Source: a virus (Duplodnaviria; Caudoviricetes). Taken from it: a stretch of 64,000 bases of DNA. A program made the position numbers and the translations under genes. The stretch covers positions 1-64,000 of the IMG/VR virus record IMGVR_UViG_3300000439_000015. One strand, given 5' to 3'. The notes beneath the pieces were generated by a model, which saw only the letters and a list, made by a program, of their open reading frames with translations, searched no databases and was not told the origin of the DNA. Positions 49,042 to 57,509 of this stretch are shown here, in pieces (positions within the stretch are counted from its first letter, which is position 1; each line of letters opens with the position of its first letter).

Positions 49042-49764
49042 TTAGTTGCTCAGCAACCAAGTAGGCGTGACCTTCAGGGTGTCGTTCGCTCCAAGGGTTG
49101 GGCCTGCATTGGTTGCTGAACCATCTGCGAAGTTGGCGGCGTAGTAAATGTTTCCTGTCGTGGTGCTGGAAACGGCATCCGTAATGAAGTAACCGTTTGC
49201 CTGAGGCCACGAACCAGTCGCCGTGAACGTAACCTGACCGCCCGTTGACTTTTCACCATTCACGGTGTCACCGATGAGAACGGTTGCGCTAGTCGTGTGC
49301 GATGAGGTGAAGGCGGAAGAAACCGTTACCGTCGAGCCAGAGATACCCGTAATGACTTTGAGTTCCGAGGTACCAGTGCTGTCGAAGTTGGCGGTCATAC
49401 CAATGGCGACACCCGTGGTCGAAGAAAGCGAAGCAGTCCACGAGCCAGAAGCGATTGAGGCGCTAGGCGTGGTGGAAAGAACTGGCGAACCAGCGTTGTA
49501 TGCAGTAGCGGTTGCAATGGCAGCAAAGTTGACAGACTGGCGGCTGTAACCCGATGCGGCGGTGCCAGAAGCGCCCCAGATTTCGTAACCCGAAGAGTTC
49601 AACGTGGCAAGGGTGACGGTGGCGGCAGGAACCGTGGTACCAGAGAAGTTAGTGAAAAGACCAAGGTAGTAGGTCGGGGCGGTACCAGAAGGCGTGGTGC
49701 CAGTAGGCACGGCAAGTTGGTTGAAAATCTTTGTCAAGCCTTGGTTGAAGAATACCTGAGCCAT
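49042..49764 (-). CDS. Virion structural protein (fibre-base type)
   Basis: YYLGLFT...GYSRQSV...TFTATGSW...GYFITDA pattern. Confidence 0.6.
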   Translation of the reverse strand: MAQVFFNQGLTKIFNQLAVPTGTTPSGTAPTYYLGLFTNFSGTTVPAATVTLATLNSSGYEIWGASGTAASGYSRQSVNFAAIATATAYNAGSPVLSTTPSASIASGSWTASLSSTTGVAIGMTANFDSTGTSELKVITGISGSTVTVSSAFTSSHTTSATVLIGDTVNGEKSTGGQVTFTATGSWPQANGYFITDAVSSTTTGNIYYAANFADGSATNAGPTLGANDTLKVTPTWLLSN

Positions 49765-49825
49765 GTCTACTCCTAGGGGTTTGCGCTGTGTCTATTCTGC
49801 CACAGGATTGGTGAAATGAAGCCCT

Positions 49826-50290
49826 TTACTGCTGGGCATCGCCCATGAACGTGCGCAGTTCATGGCTCAACTTCTTGACTTCATGCAGTTCAACTTCGAG
49901 GCGATGGAGTATTTCAGCACTCTCCTTGGAGATTTGCAGGTGCGACAAGGCTTGCTCGGCGGAAACGGCATCGGCTCGCTTGGCGGCAATCAGCAGAATC
50001 GCTCCTTGCAAGCCAGCCAACATTGAGAGGAAGAGGTTTAGCAAGATGAACGGATACGGGTCGAACCCCTTGTTGTTCAGCCAAAAGACATTGACCGCTG
50101 CCCAGATTGCCATGAACACCAAGAATGTGCCCACGAATCCCCACGAACCCATCTTGTTGCGCACTGCATCCGCAGCCTTTTCACCACGGGTTAGTTCGCC
50201 ACCCGTGCGAACGTATGGGTGGTCGTTCCACGGGTTGTTCTCGTCGTACCAGATTTCGTTTTCTACGCCGTCAGTCCACTCACTTGACAT
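49826..50290 (-). CDS. DUF1003-like membrane protein
   Basis: GEKAADAVRNKMGSWGF...FDPYPFILLNLFLSMLAGLQGAILLIAAKR. Confidence 0.8.
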   Translation of the reverse strand: MSSEWTDGVENEIWYDENNPWNDHPYVRTGGELTRGEKAADAVRNKMGSWGFVGTFLVFMAIWAAVNVFWLNNKGFDPYPFILLNLFLSMLAGLQGAILLIAAKRADAVSAEQALSHLQISKESAEILHRLEVELHEVKKLSHELRTFMGDAQQ

Positions 50291-50654
50291 GGATAACCTC
50301 GGCTCTGGTGATGATGTTGACGTTGGGCAGTCTCTCCAGCATTTGCGCAGGGGGGCGGTTTGGGTAGATGGCGTAGGTTTCCAATCCTGCCGCCACAGCC
50401 GCAGCCATTTCCACCTTCGCACCCTCACTGGTTGACCAACCCATGAGAACGGCGATTGCGTCACACTCTAGGAGTTCCTTCAGGTGCGCCCTAAACGCCT
50501 CTGTGAGGCCCACAGTCTCGTCTGGGGTATCTCTGCCCCCAGTTGGGTTGTAAACGTCGTATCCGGCCCTCTGAAGGGCATCTGACGCTTTGTTGAAGGC
50601 TGGGAAGTTGCCCTGAGGTAGGCCACGCATTACGCCACTGATGTAAAACTTCAT
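50280..50654 (-). CDS. DUF4406 / nucleoside deoxyribosyltransferase-like protein
   Basis: FYISGVMRGLPQGNFPAF...VYNP...ECDAIAVLMGWSTSEGAKVE. Confidence 0.8.
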   Translation of the reverse strand: MKFYISGVMRGLPQGNFPAFNKASDALQRAGYDVYNPTGGRDTPDETVGLTEAFRAHLKELLECDAIAVLMGWSTSEGAKVEMAAAVAAGLETYAIYPNRPPAQMLERLPNVNIITRAEVIHVK

Positions 50655-50676
50655 AGGCGACCTGCGTTACGGCTTT

Positions 50677-50937
50677 CTACCTAGTGGTTTTCTTAGCGAC
50701 GGGCTTCTTGGCAGGAGCGGCCTTCTTGACGGGAGCCTTTTTCACCACGGGGGCCTCTTCTGGCTCAACCGTTGCGGTGAGTTCGGAAATCTCGTCGCTG
50801 CTCAACTTGACAAGGTAGTCAGTGCTGATAAGCGACTGCACGTTTGCCCAGTTGGAAGCGTCAACAAGGTCATTGACTTTGTAGTCAAAATCACCTGCGG
50901 ACAGCAACTTTGTAACACGGTGTGTTGGAGTACTCAT
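50677..50937 (-). CDS. Small capsid-adjacent protein with Lys/Pro/Ala tail
   Basis: Start ATG 50937, leaderless TACGCT. Confidence 0.6.
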   Translation of the reverse strand: MSTPTHRVTKLLSAGDFDYKVNDLVDASNWANVQSLISTDYLVKLSSDEISELTATVEPEEAPVVKKAPVKKAAPAKKPVAKKTTR

Positions 50938-50962
50938 AGGATTTAGCGTACCACAGTAAAGC

Positions 50963-50998
50963 AAAATCCCCCCCGAACCCGAAGGCCGAGGGGGATTT
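50963..50998 (-). terminator. Intrinsic terminator after the major capsid gene
   Basis: AAATCCCC...GGGGATTT stem with T-tract on the minus strand. Confidence 0.75.
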
Positions 50999-51016
50999 CA
51001 CTGAACTGCTTTGGAA

Positions 51017-52003
51017 CTAGATAATCGAGTTCCAGAAGAAGCCGAGGTCGGCGGCAACAACCTTGTCGTCGAAGGCGATTTCACCTTCAACACGGTCAGC
51101 CTTCAACTCTTCCATGCGGAAGCGTGAAACACCAACCGTGGTGCCGAGGCCACCCGAAACGCCAGTCCACATAAACGTGTAACCAGCCGAAGGGGTCATC
51201 AGACCAGGGTTAGGAGCCGAGTAGCACAACAGAGCGTTGTTGTTGGCGGTGAAGTTGTACGAGCCGGTCAAGCCTTCGTCAGCGTTGTTGACGACTGCCT
51301 TGGCGACGAGCACACGGTCAAGACCGAAGAGTTGAGCAATCAAGTCCTCGGTGATGATGGCACCAGCCTGCGTGTACTTGTAGCGGTCAACCAGCGTGGG
51401 GTGAGCCTTCAACTTCTGAAACACGGGGTACGAGAGCACGAGCGTGTTGGGTTCGTAACCAGTGTTCTGAAGAACCTGATACTTGGCCCACTCGATGTCC
51501 ACGATGGGCAGACCGTTGGTGTAGTCAGACCACTTGATGGTGGTCGCCGTACCAGCGGTACCTGCACCAGCGGTTACACCGATAGCGTCGGTGCCCCACA
51601 CGCCACCCTGAAAGAAGTCCTGCGCCCACTGCACTTCACGGCGCAGCAAGAGACGCTGGGTGACGAACTGCGTCGCTTCCATGTCGGGGTTGAGGGGGTT
51701 GTCGGCGTTAGCACGGGTCTGGTCGCCAATGTCCTTGTGGAAGGCGAACACGTCGGCCTGATAGGTGTCCGTGGTGAGGCCGTAACCTGAACCAGCGGAA
51801 GCCGTACCGTCGGCACGACGCTGAGCCTCGTCACGGAACCAGTCGTCCTTGGTGTACTTGAAGTAGAGGTTCGACTTCTTGTCCACTGGAACGACAGGGA
51901 AAACCTTGTCCGCAATGAAGTTGTTGGTGTTCTGCAAGTACGCAACCGAGATGTTCGTCAGGATTGCGTCAATGTGAACGTTGTTTACTGATGGCTGTGG
52001 CAT
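51017..52003 (-). CDS. Major capsid protein
   Basis: HIDAILTNISVAYLQ...IADKVFPVVPV...ITEDLIAQLFGL...VVAADLGFFW. Confidence 0.9.
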   Translation of the reverse strand: MPQPSVNNVHIDAILTNISVAYLQNTNNFIADKVFPVVPVDKKSNLYFKYTKDDWFRDEAQRRADGTASAGSGYGLTTDTYQADVFAFHKDIGDQTRANADNPLNPDMEATQFVTQRLLLRREVQWAQDFFQGGVWGTDAIGVTAGAGTAGTATTIKWSDYTNGLPIVDIEWAKYQVLQNTGYEPNTLVLSYPVFQKLKAHPTLVDRYKYTQAGAIITEDLIAQLFGLDRVLVAKAVVNNADEGLTGSYNFTANNNALLCYSAPNPGLMTPSAGYTFMWTGVSGGLGTTVGVSRFRMEELKADRVEGEIAFDDKVVAADLGFFWNSII

Positions 52004-52021
52004 GTTATTTCACAGTCCTTT

Positions 52022-52759
52022 CTAGATAGCACGCACGGCGGCGGCAGCCGACAGAGCGAGGGTGATAACGTCACCAGCAGCCGAGGCTGGGGTGAGCGCA
52101 GTACCAACGACAAACGGAATCGTCGTTGACGTGACGTTCGTACCCGACAGGTAGAACGTGGTCGAAACCGCACGACCTGAACTGTCAACCGTGATGGGAG
52201 CGCCAGCGGTAACGGCAGCGCCAGCAATCACCTTCGTGATGCCCGAAATCGTGATTTCGGCCTCAGAGTTGCCCTCAACACCAGAGTTGGAGTTCAACTT
52301 GGTGATGGGCTGGTTCTGAAGAACACCGACGGGACGGTCAGAAGCAGCCGTGACGAGGGTGGCAACAGGGCCGCTCTGGTAGGGCTGCGACGAAGGGGTC
52401 ACGTTGGCGGTGACGGTAGCCGAGGTCAGCGCCAGAACCGAGAGGTTCACGGCGGTGATGTTGGTACCACTGTAGGTAATGCCCGTGATGAAGGCACCAG
52501 CAGGAATCTGCGAGGTACCAGCAGCAGCGGTGACGGGAGCGCCAAGGACGATTCCAGCACTCGACGCAACAGTGATGCCAGTAATCTGGCTGCTGTTGGT
52601 GGTCGTGGTACCAGTGAAAGCGGCGGACGACAAGCCTGCAACCTTCACGAACTTGAACTGTGGCGAGGACGACACGATTCCGTTGGTGATGGTTGAGTTC
52701 AGGGTGTTGTCAGCCGTCATCGTAATCTTGACGGCGTAGGGATTCTGCTCGAAAGCCAT
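52022..52759 (-). CDS. Capsid cement/decoration protein (DUF2190-like) with an inserted beta module
   Basis: RPVGVLQNQP...ISGITKVIAGAAVTAGAPITVDSSGRA...AAGDVI. Confidence 0.75.
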   Translation of the reverse strand: MAFEQNPYAVKITMTADNTLNSTITNGIVSSSPQFKFVKVAGLSSAAFTGTTTTNSSQITGITVASSAGIVLGAPVTAAAGTSQIPAGAFITGITYSGTNITAVNLSVLALTSATVTANVTPSSQPYQSGPVATLVTAASDRPVGVLQNQPITKLNSNSGVEGNSEAEITISGITKVIAGAAVTAGAPITVDSSGRAVSTTFYLSGTNVTSTTIPFVVGTALTPASAAGDVITLALSAAAAVRAI

Positions 52760-52762
52760 GGC

Positions 52763-53578
52763 TTAGCGACCTTTCTCGTTGAGGTAAGACGTGTACAGGT
52801 CGGGGTTGCTCTGGGCGACAGACATCAGCGCAGCCTCGAACGAAGGAGCGGTACCGGCAGAAACAGCAGCCTTGGCAAGCGATTCCATCTTCGAGTAAGC
52901 GTCGTCGGTCATGACGGGAGCGTCCGAACCAACCTCAGTGAAAACAACGTTGGTTTCCACGAGGGCGTTAGCACTGTCGAGGGCCTTGACGATTTCGCCA
53001 GCGAGAACGCCGTCGGATTCGGAAAGGCGACGAAGGGCAGGGCCAACAATCGTAGGGTCAATGTTGAGGTGCGACCAGCCAGCAGCCTTGATGACAGCAG
53101 CCTCATCAGCACGAGCCTCACGCTCGGCAATAAGGGCAGCCTCAGAAGCAGCAGCCTTGCGAAGGGCAGCCTCGGCGTTAGCCGAAGCCTCGTCCAGCAT
53201 CTTGCGAATAGCCTGTGGCATCGCCTTGATGATGTCAGCCTCGCTCGCAGCCTCAGGAACGATGACAACTTCGGTCATCTCTGAAACTTCAGACATAGTT
53301 TTCTCCTTGAAAACTTTGAGGGTTTCCAAAACAGCGTTCGCTGCCTTGGCGGTGTCCAGTAAAATCTCGTCTGCTTCGATTTCCTCAGCAGGCAACTCGG
53401 TTACCTCTTCAACAGGGGCAACTTCGTCCGAGACTTCAGTGGGACGGAGTTCGTCAAGCACCGCTTCAGCATCCGCAGGGCTTGCCGACTTCATTACTAC
53501 CCAACCATCGTGCAGGTGCGCAGGGTGGTCAACACCCGACGTTTCCTTGATGCTCAGTTTCACAAGTTTGCGAGCCAT
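52763..53578 (-). CDS. Scaffold protein (XkdF-associated type)
   Basis: ARKLVKLSIKETSGVDHPAH N-terminus, acidic linker, coiled coil, NPDLYTSYL C-terminus; directly upstream of cement and capsid. Confidence 0.7.
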   Translation of the reverse strand: MARKLVKLSIKETSGVDHPAHLHDGWVVMKSASPADAEAVLDELRPTEVSDEVAPVEEVTELPAEEIEADEILLDTAKAANAVLETLKVFKEKTMSEVSEMTEVVIVPEAASEADIIKAMPQAIRKMLDEASANAEAALRKAAASEAALIAEREARADEAAVIKAAGWSHLNIDPTIVGPALRRLSESDGVLAGEIVKALDSANALVETNVVFTEVGSDAPVMTDDAYSKMESLAKAAVSAGTAPSFEAALMSVAQSNPDLYTSYLNEKGR

Positions 53579-53623
53579 TCGCTTCTGCTTTCTACGACTT
53601 GACCAAACGGGAACCCGTAGGTC

Positions 53624-53680
53624 TTGACATAGTGAACAGTAGAGGCAGTTTTGGAAATGTCAAGTGTCAAATACTTGACA
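53624..53680. promoter_or_regulatory. Cluster of TTGACA/TGTCAA boxes upstream of the capsid operon
   Basis: TTGACA 53624, TGTCAA 53658 and 53665, TTGACA 53675; minus-strand TTGACA-16-TACTGT promoter candidate. Confidence 0.5.
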
Positions 53681-53693
53681 CGACGAAAGACGA

Positions 53694-54509
53694 CTAAAAG
53701 GGGTCGTCGGAGATGGTGGAATAGAGGGGGCAAATGTCCTTGAACGAGCACCACTTATCGCACAGATTGTTGGCGATTGGTGGGAAGTAGCCAGCGTTGT
53801 ACCAGCCCTCAATCTTCGCCCACGCCTCTCGCACACGGCGCTCTGCGTATAGGACATCTTCGTCGGTGACATCAATCACCAGCGTCTTGCCGAACTGAAC
53901 GTAGAGCAGTCGAATCTGCTTGGGGCGCTCTCCAAGAACTTGCTCACACAGGTAGGCGTAAATCTTGGCAGGTAGAATGGCTGCCGCTTTGTACTTGTCG
54001 GTAGGGACTTTGCCAGTCTTGTAGTCCACAATCACCAACGAGCCGTCAGGGTCACGGTCTAAGCGGTCTAGGATGCCACGGAGCGTCCATCCGCCCATGT
54101 CTACGTCCATCTTGATTTCGATGCCCTCTGAGGTGATTTCCTCTGGGTTCTCCATCGTGAAGTAGGTGCGGATGTACTTGGCGAGGTCACGGGCGAACGT
54201 TTGCACGCCGACCTCATCGAGTTCCATTTCACCAGCAATCTCGTCGCTCACGAGCGTGGGGAATAACTCACGCATCACTTCGAGGGTGTAGTCGAGGGTG
54301 CGGAGTTCGGGTGTCTCGGTGGTTCGCAGGAACACGGTTTCCAGCACTTCGTGGAACACGGTGCCACGGTAAGTCGCCATCTTCTTCGCCTCTGGGAGAC
54401 GCTCGATGGTGGAATACTGATACTGACGTGGGCACGTCTCGATTTGGTTCACTCGGCTAGGTGATACGCCATAGGGCTTTTCGCCTAGATACACAGGAGC
54501 GCTCGACAC
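53694..54509 (-). CDS. RecB/Cas4-like PD-(D/E)XK exonuclease with Fe-S cysteines
   Basis: VSPSRV...CPRQY, RGTVFHEVLE, LRGILDRLD...IVDYKTG, LCDKWCSFKDICP. Confidence 0.85.
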   Translation of the reverse strand: MSSAPVYLGEKPYGVSPSRVNQIETCPRQYQYSTIERLPEAKKMATYRGTVFHEVLETVFLRTTETPELRTLDYTLEVMRELFPTLVSDEIAGEMELDEVGVQTFARDLAKYIRTYFTMENPEEITSEGIEIKMDVDMGGWTLRGILDRLDRDPDGSLVIVDYKTGKVPTDKYKAAAILPAKIYAYLCEQVLGERPKQIRLLYVQFGKTLVIDVTDEDVLYAERRVREAWAKIEGWYNAGYFPPIANNLCDKWCSFKDICPLYSTISDDPF

Positions 54510-54536
54510 GATGTCAACCTTATCAGTTGGGTGATG

Positions 54537-54818
54537 CTAGATGGTGGACTGCGTAATGGGGCTGATGAACGTGTTGTATTCGATTGACGACTTCAACACC
54601 CGTGCCATCTTTTCACCAGTGCGCAACGCTTCTTTGCGGTTCTTGCAGTAAATGGAGAAATCGGAGACGGGGGTGATTACACCAGTGAACGCTTCGTTAC
54701 GGATGAGACGCAGTTCGCCGTACTCTTTGTTCTGCCAAGCGACCAAACGGTAAGGGCCTAACTTGGCTTCCTGTTGACCAAAGTCATCAGGCTCAGTCCA
54801 TTTCAGCAACTTACGCAA
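54537..54818 (-). CDS. Hypothetical protein
   Basis: Probable TTG start overlapping the upstream TAA; the track ORF begins at 54878. Confidence 0.5.
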   Translation of the reverse strand: MRKLLKWTEPDDFGQQEAKLGPYRLVAWQNKEYGELRLIRNEAFTGVITPVSDFSIYCKNRKEALRTGEKMARVLKSSIEYNTFISPITQSTI

Positions 54819-55098
54819 CTTCAACGGCAGAACCCGTGGTTTCCTCGGCGTACTGGACAAGGTGGCTGGCGGTAGCAAGAGTGCTCAGACTGTCAATCTG
54901 GCCTTCCAACTTGGTGATGTGGTCGCCTGCCTCGATGACGGCCTTGGTGAGGCGCTCGTTGTCGGCTGCCAACTGCGTAAGCGTGGCGCTCTGCTTGTGG
55001 GCGAGGTTGATAAGGGCGGTGATGTCATTGTCGTCAGGGGTGCCCTGCACGACGGCCTTCATGATGCGTTCGGTCAGTTCGTCTAGGTTGCTGCTCAT
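54811..55098 (-). CDS. Coiled-coil hypothetical protein
   Basis: ATG 55098 behind AAGGAG; heptad pattern. Confidence 0.65.
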   Translation of the reverse strand: MSSNLDELTERIMKAVVQGTPDDNDITALINLAHKQSATLTQLAADNERLTKAVIEAGDHITKLEGQIDSLSTLATASHLVQYAEETTGSAVEVA

Positions 55099-55156
55099 AA
55101 CACTCTCCTTGGTAGGGGGGTTGCCTAACTCTAGTGTATCACCACTATTTATGAAA

Positions 55157-55519
55157 TCAGACATTCCCAACGTATCGGAGCACGGCGGCGTTCTCGAAGG
55201 TTGTTTTGGCGGTGTATTCCACCTCAGTTGTTTTGCCGCAGTCGTTGCACTGAAGGGGCATGGGGTTAGCGATTTTGCGAACTCGCCAGTCGTGAGAGCA
55301 GTAGCGAACATCACCATTGTTGACAAGACGGATGTTGCGTCCGTTTGCGCCAACCTTGATTAGCCCTTGTTGCTCTAGTGCTTTGAGGTGAACCGAGATG
55401 GTAGAGGTCGAAGAGATGCCCACACCAGCACCTATGGTGCGATACGTCGGGGCGTAGCCGAGATTATCCCAGTGCCAGCCGATGTATTTGAGTATCTTGT
55501 CCCGTGTACCTGTAGCCAT
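55157..55519 (-). CDS. LexA-type winged-HTH regulator with a C-terminal Zn ribbon (no peptidase domain)
   Basis: KILKYI...GYAPTYRTIGAGVGISSTSTISVHLKALEQQGLI; CSHDW...CNDCG. Confidence 0.75.
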   Translation of the reverse strand: MATGTRDKILKYIGWHWDNLGYAPTYRTIGAGVGISSTSTISVHLKALEQQGLIKVGANGRNIRLVNNGDVRYCSHDWRVRKIANPMPLQCNDCGKTTEVEYTAKTTFENAAVLRYVGNV

Positions 55520-55543
55520 TCACCACAGCGTAGCAGGGTTTAG

Positions 55544-56023
55544 TTATTCGGCGTGAGTGTTGGCAAGCATGCCAGTGGCGGTATCAGCATTGAAGGAAGC
55601 GATTGCCGCCCTCTGAGCCAAAGCCTGAGCCGCTGGGTCTTTCTCGTATGACGCTTGTCCGCCCAATGGGGCGATGTGGTCGAGAATGGCCTCGTGAGCC
55701 TGCGCTGCATCGAGGTGGGCCTGAATCGCACGGGTCGCACGCATGCGGTCACCGTTAGACATTTCACTGCTGTGCTTCAGAACCATGTTCTTGATTCCTT
55801 CGGCGGTGGTGCGGTGAATCTGGGCGAGGGGCTTGGTCAGGCCATTGGAGATGCCGATGCCACGAGCGAAGTTCTGGGCGTTGGTGGAAAGGAAGTGCGA
55901 ACTGCTCACGGCCTTTTCCATGTCTGCACCCGACTGCCACTGGTTGCCGTGGAAAGCGTGGCCCTTGACATCACCCTTAGCCAACTGTACCCACGCAATG
56001 ATTTCGTTGTTCAGATTGTCCAT
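55544..56023 (-). CDS. GNQ-tag family protein
   Basis: QLAKGDVKGHAFHGNQW, then His/Ala helices. Confidence 0.75.
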   Translation of the reverse strand: MDNLNNEIIAWVQLAKGDVKGHAFHGNQWQSGADMEKAVSSSHFLSTNAQNFARGIGISNGLTKPLAQIHRTTAEGIKNMVLKHSSEMSNGDRMRATRAIQAHLDAAQAHEAILDHIAPLGGQASYEKDPAAQALAQRAAIASFNADTATGMLANTHAE

Positions 56024-56559
56024 TAGATACCTTCCGAGAAACTTCCAACGCCAGCGGCTTGCTCGGCGCTACGGACGTTGTTTTCAGCAGCATCAACCTT
56101 ATCTTGTGCGTCACTCATACGTTGTCCCGTGGCGTGGGCTGGGTCGGCGTTGGTGATTGTGTCACGGTTCGCCTCAAAGTTTTTGGTGTCACGGGCTGCA
56201 CTTGCCAAACCAGCGTGGGCGTTGGCTGCGCTTTCGTGGGCGGTGGCAACATCACGGAGTTTTCCAGCCATTGAGCCAGTCGCCTTGTCTGCCATTGCGT
56301 GGTACATCTGGGCTTGCTGATTGTGCGAAGCGCTTTGCTGCGTTGAGGTGGCTTCAGCGTTGCGACCTGCGTTCATCATGTCGTTTGCACCCCAGCGGCC
56401 TGGGTCTACACGACGGGCTGGCTGTGCTGAAGCGCCAGTCGGGATGCCGCCAGTGTGCTGGTTCCCATTGAAGGCATGGCCTGCGGTTTCGTACTTCAAG
56501 ATTTCACCAACCTTGGCCCAGTTTGGGGCAAGTGCGTCTGTTGAGAAAGGGTTTGTCAT
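56023..56559 (-). CDS. GNQ-tag family protein
   Basis: MTNPFSTDAL...EILKYETAGHAFNGNQH; start ATG 56559. Confidence 0.75.
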   Translation of the reverse strand: MTNPFSTDALAPNWAKVGEILKYETAGHAFNGNQHTGGIPTGASAQPARRVDPGRWGANDMMNAGRNAEATSTQQSASHNQQAQMYHAMADKATGSMAGKLRDVATAHESAANAHAGLASAARDTKNFEANRDTITNADPAHATGQRMSDAQDKVDAAENNVRSAEQAAGVGSFSEGI

Positions 56560-56563
56560 TTGA

Positions 56564-57499
56564 TTACATTCCTTCGTCTGCGCCCGTGGCACTACCTAGG
56601 CGTTCGGCAACCATGCTGGCACCTCGTGCAAGCATGGTGTTGTCACGGAGAATAGGACTTGTTGAGCCGCTTGCGTGTTGTTCGGCAACCCAGTTGTGAA
56701 GTTCTGCGGCGTGGTCGTGGGCGGCGATTGCCGACTTCAGAGCGCCCTGCTTCTCAGGGTTAGTCTCCTTGGCAAGGGCGTTTTTCAGCACTTGGCTGGC
56801 AATGCCGTGCTCGAAGGCTGCTGCACGGTGGGCGTTGGCGATTTGTGCGCCAGTACCACCGTGCTGAACAAGGTCACGAGCGTGCGAGGCAGCCATGAGA
56901 GCAGACCAGCCAGCGCCGTCCCGTCGTACATGGTCAAAGCCCTTGTCGAAGGGGTTTGAGGCGTACTGATTGCCGTGAAACTCGTGGCCCTTTACGTCGC
57001 CCTTCGTCACAAAAGACTTTTCAGCACCAGAGAGGATGACGTTGCCGTCGGTCACGCCTGCATTGCGACCAGACGTTGCCTTCATGGTTGCATCGGCGGC
57101 TTTCAGGGTGTTTTCAGCACTGGGGTTGTCGGCAGCGGCGTAGTGTGCGGCTGCTGCGGCTTCGTGCAACTTGGCGGCACCCTCTTCCATTGCGTATGAA
57201 CGCCCGTTGGGGTTGTGGTAACTGGCGACAAGTTGACGCAAGCGCCCTGCCTCTTCGAGGTGCATACGAGCCATGCGGTCATGGGCCATGGTAGAAACGG
57301 TTGGCGACTTTTTGCCTGCGCTCGCTGCCATCTGCGACGCTCGGTCACGAAGTGAGTTCAGAGCATCCCGTGTTTCACCAGTGGAACGAGCCGTGTATTG
57401 GTTCCCGTTGAAAGCATGGCCTGCCAACTCGTACTTCAGGATTTCACTGGCGGACTTCCAAACTGGAACCAGTGCGTCAGTAGAGAAGGGGTTTGTCAT
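56564..57499 (-). CDS. GNQ-tag family protein with two tagged modules
   Basis: MTNPFSTDAL...EILKYELAGHAFNGNQY and internal FVTKGDVKGHEFHGNQY. Confidence 0.8.
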   Translation of the reverse strand: MTNPFSTDALVPVWKSASEILKYELAGHAFNGNQYTARSTGETRDALNSLRDRASQMAASAGKKSPTVSTMAHDRMARMHLEEAGRLRQLVASYHNPNGRSYAMEEGAAKLHEAAAAAHYAAADNPSAENTLKAADATMKATSGRNAGVTDGNVILSGAEKSFVTKGDVKGHEFHGNQYASNPFDKGFDHVRRDGAGWSALMAASHARDLVQHGGTGAQIANAHRAAAFEHGIASQVLKNALAKETNPEKQGALKSAIAAHDHAAELHNWVAEQHASGSTSPILRDNTMLARGASMVAERLGSATGADEGM

Positions 57500-57509
57500 T
57501 ATGTTTTCC

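Noticed and set aside
56461-57499. Recent DNA duplication or a DGR template/variable repeat pair at the 5' ends of the two MTNPFSTDAL genes
   Set aside because: Differences are largely synonymous third-position changes rather than adenine-specific ones, and no reverse transcriptase is present.
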